From a virus: a stretch of 64,000 bases of DNA. Shown piece after piece: positions 37,333 through 47,596 of the stretch (the stretch's first letter is position 1; each line of letters starts with the position of its first letter). Made by a program: the position numbers and the translations under genes. The DNA lies in the IMG/VR virus record IMGVR_UViG_3300028920_000027, positions 96,001-160,000 of that record; one strand, written 5' to 3'. The notes beneath the pieces were generated by a model. The model was not told the origin of the DNA. It saw only the letters and a list, made by a program, of their open reading frames with translations, and ran no database searches.

Positions 37333-37786
37333 GGGGCAGAAGCCTCTCATCACCTACAAGCACAACTCTGGGCACGTGATCACGTTCGAGCGCACTTCTA
37401 GTGGCCTCCAACGTGCCATGACTTCAATTCAGGCCATGGGCGAAGTCCTCAAACTCGTAGACATCCCTGGCATGACCGACGCCGATGGGATGAGCCTGCT
37501 ACGAGCTTTTCAAGCGACGGGCGTCCCTACCGGAGTGGGTCGTGCGGCTCCCAAAGTCATCGCCAGCATCGAGCGCATCATGGCACGCCCCCCATGTACG
37601 ACATCGGAGATTATCCGATGTCTCGAGGACGAGGCTCCCGACCCAGGAGAGTGGCAGGAAGCCGTTCGGGAAGCTGTCGTCGAGGTCTACCAACAACGCC
37701 TCGAAGGGTACTGCGCCAAAGCTGCCGACTGCCAACTCGTTGTCGACACGTTGACTCCTGAACAACCCCCGGGAAGCAGTGCCTGA
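37274..37786 (+). CDS. Hypothetical protein
   Basis: ATG 5 nt after GGTG-TACCTT. Confidence 0.55.
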   Translation: MPEEDPCFGPWTVKTTKTTEGQKPLITYKHNSGHVITFERTSSGLQRAMTSIQAMGEVLKLVDIPGMTDADGMSLLRAFQATGVPTGVGRAAPKVIASIERIMARPPCTTSEIIRCLEDEAPDPGEWQEAVREAVVEVYQQRLEGYCAKAADCQLVVDTLTPEQPPGSSA

Positions 37787-37997
37787 GCTGCTCAGGGGGG
37801 GGCAGCTTTCTATCCCGAGTTCGGTCGTTGTTCCCGTTTCATTCACACAGTACGCTAAGATCGTGAAGCGTGGCATGCCACGATCAAGCGCACCTCTGGC
37901 GGGCGGGAGCCTTTTTGCACCTTGGTGTCCCGTTCCAGACCAGCCTTTTCCCCCACCTTCGAGAGGAAGCCGACTTTCGAGTCGCCATGAGGGTACC

Positions 37998-38336
37998 TTA
38001 GCCCTCTGACAGGCGTTCCCACGCCGTTTTGACTGGGCCCGGGACTTCGGCCTGCTCCGGGGTCTGCACGGCCTCCAGAAGGGTGTGGCCGGCCTTTTGG
38101 ACCCTCTCTCGCTTAGATCGTTCCTCCTGGACTTCTCGCTCAGCGCGCTGAGCCCTTCTCTGGCACGCTTGAAATTCGCGATTCAGGTCGTGCCCCACCT
38201 TTCGCAGACGTTCGATTTCGTTGCGGGACCACCTCAGCTCTTCCTGCTTGTGTATCTTCGTTTGGCGGTACCACCGGTACTGGAGCGCCAGGACAACGGC
38301 GATGGTAGTGGCACAGGTGACTTCGAGAATAGACAC
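37998..38336 (-). CDS. N-terminal TM + coiled-coil protein ending TAWERLSEG
   Basis: Paralogue of 39084-39395. Confidence 0.65.
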   Translation of the reverse strand: MSILEVTCATTIAVVLALQYRWYRQTKIHKQEELRWSRNEIERLRKVGHDLNREFQACQRRAQRAEREVQEERSKRERVQKAGHTLLEAVQTPEQAEVPGPVKTAWERLSEG

Positions 38337-38492
38337 TTTTTTGGAAGTTACACCAGTGAGCCGGTGTAACTTGTATCATGGCTAACGCTGCCGCCCCATC
38401 CCCAGTATGACCTCTACAGTGACCGAGGTCAGCTGGGCATCCGCCAGCACAACGAATCAAGAGATCCAACAAGGATCCTCCGAAGCCGCTGA

Positions 38493-38711
38493 ATGAACCT
38501 GTCTGAACTCCTTCCGGTCATTGCCTTCATGCTGGTCGTGGCTCTACTGTTCTACTCGATGGGCGTTCGGGACGCGAACCGTCGCTGGGCCAATGCGGCG
38601 AAGTATGACTTCCCCCGCAAGTGGCGGGGGGTAGACTTCAAGGTCCAATACAGGGATCCTGACCAGGTGATCGACGCGATCCTCGAAGGTTATGACGACG
38701 ATTCGGAATAG
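38493..38711 (+). CDS. Small membrane protein
   Basis: FYSMGVRDANRRW...KWRGVDFKVQ; paralogue at 40652. Confidence 0.6.
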   Translation: MNLSELLPVIAFMLVVALLFYSMGVRDANRRWANAAKYDFPRKWRGVDFKVQYRDPDQVIDAILEGYDDDSE

Positions 38712-38717
38712 GAAATC

Positions 38718-39002
38718 ATGGCACAAGCAAAGGACTACTACTTCTACATTGGCGAGGACCTCGACGACCCCAGCATGGGCATGGTGGTTATCACCAGCGT
38801 CGAGTACTACAACAATGAAGGCTGCCTCGACGAAGATCTTCAAGAGGAAGAGCTACAGCAGGTCGAAGGCTGGCCCGGAGGCATCCTGGAAGACGTAGGG
38901 GGTGCCACCTTCATCTGGAACTTCGAGGACATGAGCCTCTCTGAGATGAAGGACCTGATGGAGCAGGCCGGATTCCAATACAACGAAGAGCTTTTGGACT
39001 GA
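38718..39002 (+). CDS. Small highly acidic protein
   Basis: Asp/Glu-rich; AGGA RBS. Confidence 0.6.
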   Translation: MAQAKDYYFYIGEDLDDPSMGMVVITSVEYYNNEGCLDEDLQEEELQQVEGWPGGILEDVGGATFIWNFEDMSLSEMKDLMEQAGFQYNEELLD

Positions 39003-39083
39003 ACACGGAAGCTGCACAGACGGGCCGCATTGGTTTTCAGAAACTTCGCTGGCCAACAAAGAAACCGTTCCCACACAACACCA

Positions 39084-39395
39084 CTAGCCTTTCCGCAACC
39101 GCTCCCACGCGGTCAAACGGACGGACTCGAGAGCCTTCTTCGGCGGGGGCTCGGGCCCTTCGGGAACCTCTGGTCGATTCGCCAGCTCCTGCTCGAGACA
39201 AGTCCTGAGCTCGGCGTACTGGATGCCCATGGATTGCAGGCTCGTGCGCAACTGAGCCTCGTTCTTCTTCAGTGCTGTGATCTCTGAACGGAGGCGGCCC
39301 CGCTCCTCTTGCCGCTTGAGGCACCAGCAGTACTGGATACTGATGATGAGCAGCTCGGCGATGACCACGGCTGTGAGGAGTTGGGTCAAGGTCAT
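39084..39395 (-). CDS. N-terminal TM + coiled-coil protein ending TAWERLRKG
   Basis: Paralogue of 37998-38336; GGAG RBS. Confidence 0.65.
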   Translation of the reverse strand: MTLTQLLTAVVIAELLIISIQYCWCLKRQEERGRLRSEITALKKNEAQLRTSLQSMGIQYAELRTCLEQELANRPEVPEGPEPPPKKALESVRLTAWERLRKG

Positions 39396-39437
39396 TTTTC
39401 TCCAAGGTACACCGTTGGGACCAGTGTACCCTAGGGC

Positions 39438-40655
39438 ATGGCCAACCCCATCGCCCCCATGCTCCGGGACCACGTCCTACGCCTGATCAGTGCCGAGGGG
39501 CGCGAACGGGTCGAGGGGCTCATCCTGCCGCTCGCCCTGGCGCGCCACGACTACAGCTCTGAGCAGTCGGCTGTGCTGGCAGTTTCGAACTTCGTCACCC
39601 ACCTGATGAACCCCTCACACGCCTTCATTCCCCGGTGGCACACGGTGATTCAGGAGCTGGTGCGAACCACTCCGGTCCCGGATCCCGAGCCCGAAGTTAG
39701 CTCCAATGCGCTCGCCAACATGTTTGGCAACGGATCCGTCTTTATCGATCTTTCCAGGGGCGAAGGCCAGGAATGGGGAAGTCTTAGCGATCTGCACCGA
39801 GTCAGTGGTGCAGGCAAGAGTCGCACGCCAAGCGACTGGCTGAGAACCAAACAGGCTCAACGTCTCATTATGGAGCAGTCTGGGAAATCACAGACTGCCT
39901 TAAATTCCGCTACATTTGACGTCGACGACTACAACGACGTGATTCAAGTGGTCAATGGCGGCACCCATCCAGGGACTCGAGCCCGTTGGGAACTCTTCAC
40001 GGCTTTTGCCGAATGGCTGGCCCCAGCTTTCCACCTGCAAGTCATCCGGGACTGGCGGATCTATGTCACTGGTCAGGCCGCTCAAATGCCGGCCCAGGGC
40101 GCACTCGAGCAGGCCCTCGTCCGCCTCGTATCCAGCTTCGAACGGACGCTGGACACGTTTGCCAAGACCGCTGAGCGCCTCGCCTGCTGGGATGGACAAC
40201 GCCTTCAGCAGGCATCGCCCGTGCCCGTGGCGCCCCCTGGGGGGCAGGCAGAGGCACGGGCCCAAGTCCGGATCATTGTCGAAGAGCATGCCAAGTTTTT
40301 GATAGCGCAGGGCATCCCTCACAGGGAAGCCTACGAGAGTGCCTATGGGTGGCTCTACACGTTCGCTGAAGGGCAGTGGGGGATCCGGGTACGGCGGCAC
40401 AGCCAGAGCGAGACCAACCTCGAGTACATTGACAGCCAGGGGCTCTCCACGCGCCTGCTGGAGTTGGTCAAGCTGTTCTACCCGGACGCCTATGCTAGGT
40501 GCCAGCACCGCATCGAGTCGCCTATCCCGCGCCCGTCCCGCAAACGCAGGGTAGAGGTTGAGGGCGACAGCGATGATGACAGTGCCGACGACAACACTGG
40601 GTCGCCTTTTGTCCAGGAAGTTGTGGAAAACTACGTCGCCGAGCAGCTGTCATGA
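39438..40655 (+). CDS. KilA-N domain protein
   Basis: SLSDLHRVSG...PSDWLRTKQAQRLI...NGGTHPGT...FAEWLAPAFHLQV. Confidence 0.8.
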   Translation: MANPIAPMLRDHVLRLISAEGRERVEGLILPLALARHDYSSEQSAVLAVSNFVTHLMNPSHAFIPRWHTVIQELVRTTPVPDPEPEVSSNALANMFGNGSVFIDLSRGEGQEWGSLSDLHRVSGAGKSRTPSDWLRTKQAQRLIMEQSGKSQTALNSATFDVDDYNDVIQVVNGGTHPGTRARWELFTAFAEWLAPAFHLQVIRDWRIYVTGQAAQMPAQGALEQALVRLVSSFERTLDTFAKTAERLACWDGQRLQQASPVPVAPPGGQAEARAQVRIIVEEHAKFLIAQGIPHREAYESAYGWLYTFAEGQWGIRVRRHSQSETNLEYIDSQGLSTRLLELVKLFYPDAYARCQHRIESPIPRPSRKRRVEVEGDSDDDSADDNTGSPFVQEVVENYVAEQLS

Positions 40656-40830
40656 CCCTGTACATCTCCATGCTCATCGTGGCAGCCGCGTTCTACTTTA
40701 TGGGGGTCCGCGACACGAATCGACGGCCGCCGCGCGGTACAACTACCTTCACAAGTGGCGCGGCATTGACTTCCGGGTCCAATGCCAAGATCCTGAAGTA
40801 CTTAACCAGCTCGAATCCTACGACGAGTAG
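40652..40830 (+). pseudogene. Frameshifted paralogue of 38493-38711
   Basis: FYFMGVRDTNRR in one frame, ARYNYLHKWRGIDFRVQCQDP in another. Confidence 0.6.
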
Positions 40831-40835
40831 AACCA

Positions 40836-41177
40836 TTGACCATCCGTTTTGGCCCCAACCTTGTCTACCCCAGCGACCGCCAGGGGGGTCGGTACCAAGA
40901 GTTTCAAGGGACCGCTATTGAGGTCGATGAGTGGGAACCTCACGAGCCCGGAAGCCGGATTGCCAAAAGAGCCGTTCGAGTTGTAGTCAAAATCCCCGGC
41001 GAAGAGCAGACATACGCCGGGTATACCGAGGCCCCACCTCCAGTTGGTGCGACCGTGACCATTCGGGTCTATGACTGCGGTGGGGGCTGGTACCCCGATA
41101 GTCGTATCCAAGGGTGGTCATCACCCCGGCCACGAAAGACCTTTTGGGAACGTTTGAATGGTGCACAAAGTTTCTGA
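40836..41177 (+). CDS. Hypothetical protein ending KTFWERLNGAQSF
   Basis: C-terminal WER motif. Confidence 0.55.
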   Translation: MTIRFGPNLVYPSDRQGGRYQEFQGTAIEVDEWEPHEPGSRIAKRAVRVVVKIPGEEQTYAGYTEAPPPVGATVTIRVYDCGGGWYPDSRIQGWSSPRPRKTFWERLNGAQSF

Positions 41178-41243
41178 AATTAAGACGACCGAGCTGTCTT
41201 TCAAAGACGCCATGGCCCTCGGCCAGTTCACCCAGACGCTACA

Positions 41244-41453
41244 ATGAAGCCTGCTTGGCAGGAGGTTCTTTGTGACGAGTGTCAGGGGCGTGCCCAGTGG
41301 CCTGGTAGCCGAGGCCTAGTTCAGTGTTGGAAGTGCTACGGAACCGGGATGCAAGTGCCCACCAGGACTCAGCTGGAGGCCGCTAGAGCGCGGCTGGAAC
41401 TGTTCCAGCAGCTGATGACCACCATCGCCCGTCTCCAGAAAGCCTCCAAATGA
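41244..41453 (+). CDS. Small zinc-finger protein (CxxCxG...CxxCxGxG)
   Basis: CDECQG...CWKCYGTG. Confidence 0.55.
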   Translation: MKPAWQEVLCDECQGRAQWPGSRGLVQCWKCYGTGMQVPTRTQLEAARARLELFQQLMTTIARLQKASK

Positions 41454-41934
41454 GCGTAGGGCTGATTCAAGGGGCCACCCTCCCAGCAGCGGCCCCTTCA
41501 GGTGACTTCCGAGGGAGAAGTCGTGCGCGACGACACGGTCGGGTGCGCGCCTCAGCAAGCTGCTGGCCGGGAGCAGATTGGTGTAGAATAGGCCCGTGAT
41601 GCCGGTCTACTTTAGCATTTGGGGCGATCCTTCAGGGCCCAGGAGGCTAACCTACGCCCGCGGGACACTCGGACCTATGAAGTCCCTTCTGGGTCAGTCG
41701 AGCTTCAGCACTTTCTGGTTCTGCTTCTGCTTCTGCTTCTGCTTGACCAAGGTTTTCAGCTTAGCAACAGTATCTTCCGGCAACTGGCCGCCCTGGACAT
41801 TCAACGCACACAGCCGTCCCGGGCGGTCGGGTTGGCTTTGATACACCAACCACCACACGCGCGGAACCTCAGCCGCGAGCTGGTTGCGGAGGATCTTCAG
41901 ATTCTCAACAGCGCCCTGAGCTAGTTCAGTTTCC

Positions 41935-42237
41935 ATGACTCGAACATACACCAAGCTCCCCCGCCGGGTACGGCGGGTGTTCAAGACCATTCCGTGGAGG
42001 ACTTTGGAGCAGCTGTACGCAGCCAACGGTTGGGTCTGCTCTACCTTTGATCCTGAAGATCCTGGAGGGGTCACGCTGCCCTCTGCACGGCGCATCATGC
42101 GCACGGCGGTACATCTCACGCTCGACGTCTTCAACAGCCCGGCGCAGATCCGGTGCATCCGGTCGATGCACCTTGTCGCATCCCGGCACGAGCTGCGTGT
42201 AGGCGATATGGTAGCCCTGCGCCGCTACTCGTTCTGA
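41935..42237 (+). CDS. Hypothetical protein
   Basis: Open ORF, plausible composition. Confidence 0.45.
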   Translation: MTRTYTKLPRRVRRVFKTIPWRTLEQLYAANGWVCSTFDPEDPGGVTLPSARRIMRTAVHLTLDVFNSPAQIRCIRSMHLVASRHELRVGDMVALRRYSF

Positions 42238-42262
42238 TCGCCGTTCGGTGTAGGATGCCGCC

Positions 42263-42550
42263 ATGGCTGATGGCACCAAGCTGGTCCAGATCATGCGCGA
42301 CATCGCCAAACACGTGAGTCGCGTGGGTGGCATTCCCTACGACTGGACGCAGGTCCAGATCATGATTCACTTTCGGGAGTTTGGGGGACGTCCCCATCGA
42401 TCCTATGGTGCTTCTATCGGGGACAACAGGGTAGAGGGTGCCACGAGCGAAAAGCAGGCACTCCTCGCCCTACAGGTTGATCTGAGGGGTCAGACCACGG
42501 GGTCTGGGGACCACGACTACCCCAGTGGGGCCACGTTCTTTCACAGGTGA
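42263..42550 (+). CDS. Hypothetical protein
   Basis: ATG 6 nt after GGTG-TAGGAT. Confidence 0.55.
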   Translation: MADGTKLVQIMRDIAKHVSRVGGIPYDWTQVQIMIHFREFGGRPHRSYGASIGDNRVEGATSEKQALLALQVDLRGQTTGSGDHDYPSGATFFHR

Positions 42551-43069
42551 ATGGTGCCTGCTCTGACGAACTCACTGACTCTGGTGGCCGTCAAGGAAGA
42601 CGATGCCGCGCCCAGGCTGCGGACCTGCGTCCCTCCCCCGCAACCACGAACCATCTGGCAGCTCATCGGGGGGATCGTCGAGAACCCCAATCGGTACCGG
42701 TACAAGAATCCGCTGCCGGAGAACCCCGACCGCGCTGTAGCGGTTATCCACAACGGTGTGATCGTGATGTGGTTGGGCCACATCGGATCCGACATGGAGT
42801 ATCTCTACGAGTGTGGCGGGCTCGACGATGAACTGGGGCAGACCCAGCCGGACCTCGGCCCTACCGATTCGGGGGTATACGTCTGGGAAGGGGTCATCCG
42901 GTGGGAGGTCTACCGCGATTACTGGGGAGAGTACGACGGCGAGGAGCACGAGTGGGTCGGAGCCTGGCGCCCCGTCACGACAGAAGAAGCTAAAGCCACT
43001 GCTCGGGGGGATTCAGTCTGGGACCCTGACTTGTGGCACGAGCCCGAGACGGTCCCCGAATCGGTGTAG
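42551..43069 (+). CDS. Hypothetical acidic, Trp-rich protein
   Basis: Abuts the upstream stop codon. Confidence 0.55.
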   Translation: MVPALTNSLTLVAVKEDDAAPRLRTCVPPPQPRTIWQLIGGIVENPNRYRYKNPLPENPDRAVAVIHNGVIVMWLGHIGSDMEYLYECGGLDDELGQTQPDLGPTDSGVYVWEGVIRWEVYRDYWGEYDGEEHEWVGAWRPVTTEEAKATARGDSVWDPDLWHEPETVPESV

Positions 43070-43292
43070 TGGAGCGCCCGCGCCAAGCAAAGCTTGCAAA
43101 ATCCTCGAAGGTTGCGCTGACCAATTGCGAGCGGTGTAATGGTCTCTATAACCCCCGTACCTCTCGCAAGCATTACTGGTGCCTCTATGGCTCCACAAGG
43201 GGGTCCTGACCTTTGACAATTTGGTCAGTTCTAGAGGACCTCTCGCCAACCAACCTCTAAGAACTTGAAGGTCCTTACTTTTTCGAAAGTGG
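43070..43292 (+). promoter_or_regulatory. CRISPR leader of array 1
   Basis: Non-coding; contains GCGAGCGG..CCCC..ACCTCTCGCA..GGGGGT..CTTTGACA blocks also found before array 2. Confidence 0.7.
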
Positions 43293-45077
43293 GGTACCAG
43301 GGGCTTCTAGGCCCCTGAGGATTTCAACCTCTCGACTTGCCTCACTCAGAGCAGCCAGGGAAGGGGGTACCAGGGGCTTCTAGGCCCCTGAGGATTTCAA
43401 CTTCGACTACATCGTCGTTGCGGTAGAGGGTGATACGAGGTACCAGGGGCTTCTAGGCCCCTGAGGATTTCAACCCGTTCTTCATCCTTCGCACCACCTC
43501 ACCCGCCCCCGGGTACCAGGGGCTTCTAGACCCCTGAGGATTTAAACAGAAGCAAGAAGGCGCCTGAGCCAACTGCGGCGCGGTACCAGGGGCTTCTAGA
43601 CCCCTGAGGATTTCAACACGCACGTCAATGCGCCAATCGCAAGCGACCCGAAGAGGTACCAGGGGCTTCTAGACCCCTGAGGATTTCAACATCGCCAAGC
43701 TACGGGAAGAGCTCAAGCGCGCCGAGGGTACCAGGGTCTTCTAGACCCCTGAGGATTTCCTCGGGCTCTTCTTCTTTCCGGACGTCACCGACGGTACCAG
43801 GGGCTTCTAGGTCCCTGAGGATTTCAACTGCCTCGGTACCAGGGGCTTCTAGACCCCTGAGGATTTCAACTAGGCGATCAGGAAGTCGTCGCCGACGCGC
43901 ATGAAAAGAGTACCAGGGGCTTCTAGACCCCTGAGGATTTCAACAGGATGGAGGAGAACTAGGGGCTTATAGACCCCTGAGGATTTCAACACTCTTGAGT
44001 GCCTCAAGCACTGCCGCGTTCGACGGTACCGCGTTCGACGGTACCAGGGGCTTCTAGACCCCTGAGGATTTCAACGCCTTCCGAGCATCGAGCAGAACTT
44101 CGCGATGGTACCAGGGGCTTTCTAGGCCCCTGAGGATTTCAACGATCAGGCGCTGGGACAAGCAGGGATGCCCCTCGGTGGGGTACCAGGGGCTCCAGGC
44201 CCCTGAGGATTTCAACAGCGTGTTCAAGAAGACGTAGGGAACCCCTTGGTGGGTACCAGGGGCTTCCAGGCCCCTGAGGATTTCAACCTGCTGCTAATAG
44301 GTCAAAAGGGTCCAGTATCTCCGCAGATATCAGGGTCTTCTAGACCCCTGAGGATTTCAACGAGTATTGAAACGCACTTGGCCACTGGCTCCTTCTAGGG
44401 TACCAGGGTCTTCTAGACCCCTGAGGATTTCAACCTGTCGTGGCCGGCGGCCGTTGCGAGTTCGCCGGGTGGTACCAGGGGTTTCTAGACCCCTGAGGAT
44501 TTCAACGTCAGTGTCCAGGGCCGACATGAGCCCCTTGGGTACCAGGGGCTTCTAGACCCCTGAGGATTTCAACGACTTCCTCGCCGAACTGCGAGAGGCG
44601 GTAGAGTAGGTACCAGGGGCTTCCAGGCCCCTGAGGATTTCAATGGGAGGACGCCAGTCTTCTTGAGTGCCTTTTTCGACGCAGTACCAGGGGCTTCTAG
44701 ACCCCTGAGGATTTCAACGGATACACGACCCCCTGTGGGCCGAAATCGACAAGCTCGGTGGCACCAGGGGCTTCTAGGCCCCTGAGGATTTCAACAAGAA
44801 GCTCCAGGGCGATCCCGTGCCGGGCAGCACGGTAAGGGGCTTCTAGGCCCCTGAGGATTTCAACGAGTAGCCTCGGACAGGCTCAATCCCCATCAACGAG
44901 GGTATCAGGGGCTCCTAGACCCCTGAGGATTTCAACCCACATGGGGCGTCGAGCCCGAGCGAGCGCCAGGTGGCACCAGGGCACGGCAAGGGGTCGGAAC
45001 CGGGCTTCCAGGGGCTTCCACGACCGCTTTGACAGTCGAGGGGTACCAGGGGCACACAAGCCCCTGAGGATTCCAAG
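43293..45077 (+). CRISPR. CRISPR array 1: 24 repeats plus a degenerate trailer repeat; consensus GGTACCAGGGGCTTCTAGACCCCTGAGGATTTCAAC (36 nt); spacers mostly 31-41 nt
   Basis: Repeats enumerated directly; CAGGGG/CCCCTG hairpin; orientation from leader, trailer decay and downstream terminator. Confidence 0.98.
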
Positions 45078-45114
45078 ATACAACAGGACCGTTCCTTAAT
45101 AAAAACGGTAGTTT

Positions 45115-45159
45115 AAGGGCACCTTCGGATTTCCTTCCGAAGGTGCCCTTTTCTTTTTT
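45115..45159 (+). terminator. Rho-independent terminator after array 1
   Basis: AAGGGCACCTTCGGA/TCCGAAGGTGCCCTT stem followed by a T tract. Confidence 0.85.
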
Positions 45160-45195
45160 GGGAAAGGCTTGAACGTTCCTGGTGTATAAAGTTTC

Positions 45196-45906
45196 ATGTA
45201 CCCCACAACTGCAACGTTCGTCGTTGGGATCGACGGCGAGAGAGCTTGCTACTCCAACCCGGCGTTTCGCTCAGAACGCTACACATACCCCGTGATCACC
45301 CCACCGGCAGCGGCTGGCATCATGGACAACACTTGGTGGCGGCCGGGAGTACGGTGGGTCGTCGAACGAATCGACGTCTTGAAGCCGATCCAAACCTATA
45401 CACAAACTGTCAACGAGATCAAGGTCTGCCCTCAGACCTTGGAATCGGCTCTGAAATATCGGGTAGCAAAACTGCTACCGAGCTCTGAAGCAGTTCAGGT
45501 TCAAGGAGGGGTTAACATTGAAACCAATCGCACCTTGAGGCGCACCACGATGTTGTACGACGTATCATACAACATCTGGATGCGGGCTGTATGTGCCGAC
45601 TGGAGGCTCGCCAAGAAAGCCGAAGCGAGCACCTGCCGCTTCCTTCTTTCCGGTCGTAGCTTCCGACCTCGATGCCTTGGGATGAGAGAGTTGGATGCCA
45701 AGGTACGGCTGGTCACTATGCTCGACCACGATGGGGTGGCCCACACTGACCTCCCTCGCCCCATCCCACTGACTCAGGACCTTGGGTGGATGGTACACAG
45801 CTACGTCTGGGAAAACGGCGTCCGCAAACAGGTCGGGTTGTTCCATGCCTACCTGAACGCTGGCACGCTACTCGTGCCCCCAGAACCAATGAGGATGGTG
45901 TCATGA
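45196..45906 (+). CDS. cas5: Cas5d (type I-C pre-crRNA processing nuclease)
   Basis: ACYSNPAFRSERYTYPVITPPAAAGI...WWRPGVRWVVERIDVLKPI...NEIK...YDVSY...CLGMRE. Confidence 0.88.
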   Translation: MYPTTATFVVGIDGERACYSNPAFRSERYTYPVITPPAAAGIMDNTWWRPGVRWVVERIDVLKPIQTYTQTVNEIKVCPQTLESALKYRVAKLLPSSEAVQVQGGVNIETNRTLRRTTMLYDVSYNIWMRAVCADWRLAKKAEASTCRFLLSGRSFRPRCLGMRELDAKVRLVTMLDHDGVAHTDLPRPIPLTQDLGWMVHSYVWENGVRKQVGLFHAYLNAGTLLVPPEPMRMVS

Positions 45907-47105
45907 TCCTAGAGACCTTGTATGAATTTGCCAAGCTGCATGGACTCGTGCCCAGCGTGCTTCGGAAACGACACGCCAATTACACTTTCCACCTCGATCC
46001 GAAGGGGTGTTTGCGTGAGTTCTCTGACGAGCGACAAGTGATGGCAGACGCGAAGGCCAAACGGTCCAGCAATATCCAACCCAACTTGCTCGACAATGTG
46101 GGGTACACATTCGGTTTGGGCAAGCATGGACCCAAACGACAGGAAGCCTGGTTGGAGGCCCTACGCGCCTTCAAGTCCATGGCGCCGGTTGCAACCTTCG
46201 CTCAAAAGCCTCTACCTGATGGCATCCTCAAGATTCTTGCCAAAAACTCGTCCAAGGTTGTGGCCTTCACCGTGGGAGGGGAGTCCCCCTATGAACACCC
46301 TGACATCGTTGAGCACCTGAACGCTCAAGAGGAAGGTGACTACATCTGCCGCATCACTGGACGGAGCTGTAGTCCAGGATTCGTCCCCAACATCAGCAAC
46401 CTACCCCCCAACGGAAGCTTGCAGAACTTCGTGGGGTTCAATGCGTCCGCTACACAGTTCGATGGGCGTGAAAACAAATGCTGCTTTGTCATGCATCGCG
46501 AAGTTCGCGAAGGCATCATTGCAGCCATTGACCATCTCGCGCGCTATGAGAACAAGGAGCGCCCGTCGGCCATCGTTGCAACGAAGCGCTTTCACTCCAA
46601 GAGTGAGGTAAACTCTGCTCGGAGTGGGCCCGTCCCCACGACTCTGCTCTTCTCCCTGGAACCAGAGTTCGACGTTAGCCCTCTGATGGTCCTGCTTAGG
46701 GGGTTGAGGTCAGAAGGGGAAACCCCAGAGGAACGACTGGAGGAAGGTCGACAAGCTCATAAGGCTGCCCTGGAAACCCTGGTCTCATGGACGGGCTACT
46801 CTGGGGATCTCTATGCTCTGACCCTTTGCGCTGACGGGGCCTGCCGACGGACGGCTGTACTGGACTTCACTACCATCCCTCTAGCAGAGATCCCGGCTCG
46901 GATGGAGTCGTTCACTCATGCATCTGGCCCGTACCCCCTACGCTGGCGGCTGGCCGAAATGCCCAACTACACGCTCGCGTGGCGCTTCATGCGGGCTGTC
47001 TTGGCCGGTGACCCTCTACCTCCCGCAATCCTGGCACACGCACTTCGGCAGCCGCTCAAGAACGAGCAGCTGTTGACCACTCTCACAGCTTTTCAAAGCC
47101 TTTAG
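45903..47105 (+). CDS. cas8c: Cas8c large subunit (N-terminal part only)
   Basis: MILETLYEFAK...RSSNIQPNLLDNVGYTFG; ATGA overlap with cas5; ~400 aa, shorter than typical Cas8c. Confidence 0.75.
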   Translation: MILETLYEFAKLHGLVPSVLRKRHANYTFHLDPKGCLREFSDERQVMADAKAKRSSNIQPNLLDNVGYTFGLGKHGPKRQEAWLEALRAFKSMAPVATFAQKPLPDGILKILAKNSSKVVAFTVGGESPYEHPDIVEHLNAQEEGDYICRITGRSCSPGFVPNISNLPPNGSLQNFVGFNASATQFDGRENKCCFVMHREVREGIIAAIDHLARYENKERPSAIVATKRFHSKSEVNSARSGPVPTTLLFSLEPEFDVSPLMVLLRGLRSEGETPEERLEEGRQAHKAALETLVSWTGYSGDLYALTLCADGACRRTAVLDFTTIPLAEIPARMESFTHASGPYPLRWRLAEMPNYTLAWRFMRAVLAGDPLPPAILAHALRQPLKNEQLLTTLTAFQSL

Positions 47106-47119
47106 CCAAAGAGGACCTA

Positions 47120-47596
47120 ATGCCTGAAACCACCCCTGAAACCACCCCTGAAACCCCAACCACTCCGACCAATGGTCACAGGATTTCAGAAAAAAGGCTG
47201 GCCCAGCTAAGACACCCCAACCCGACCTTTCACCTGGGCCGTGCCATGGCTCGTGCTGTGGTCATCTACAGGTACGCGCAAGGCAGTGCCGCAGCAGCAT
47301 CCCTGGAGAATAAGGTCGTGTCCGCGGGGTCTCGCCCCTTGGAAATCGTTACCCAGATTCTCAACCGGACTCAACGAGCCATCGCGTACTTGAGTCGTGG
47401 GGAGGCCCGCCAAGGGGCGGCAATCGACATCCATAACTATGAAGAAGCAGTGGAGTTGATCGATGCCCAAGCGCTGCCCCGCACGTTCCAGGCGCAGGAC
47501 CAGGTCCTGTTCTGGAACGGGTACAACAGCGAGAAGAATTGCATCCGCGCCCGACAACGTATTCAGGCTGCGGAATCGGCAAACAAAGGGGGCTAA
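47120..47596 (+). CDS. cas11: Cas11c small subunit encoded as a separate gene
   Basis: PTFHLGRAMA...LPRTFQAQDQVLFWNGY resembles the Cas8c C-terminal domain; own GAGGA RBS; different frame from cas8c. Confidence 0.7.
   Translation: MPETTPETTPETPTTPTNGHRISEKRLAQLRHPNPTFHLGRAMARAVVIYRYAQGSAAAASLENKVVSAGSRPLEIVTQILNRTQRAIAYLSRGEARQGAAIDIHNYEEAVELIDAQALPRTFQAQDQVLFWNGYNSEKNCIRARQRIQAAESANKGG

Noticed and set aside
47103-47120. Amber read-through fusing cas8c to cas11
   Set aside because: cas11 starts 14 nt later in a different frame, and an in-frame TAA follows the TAG.
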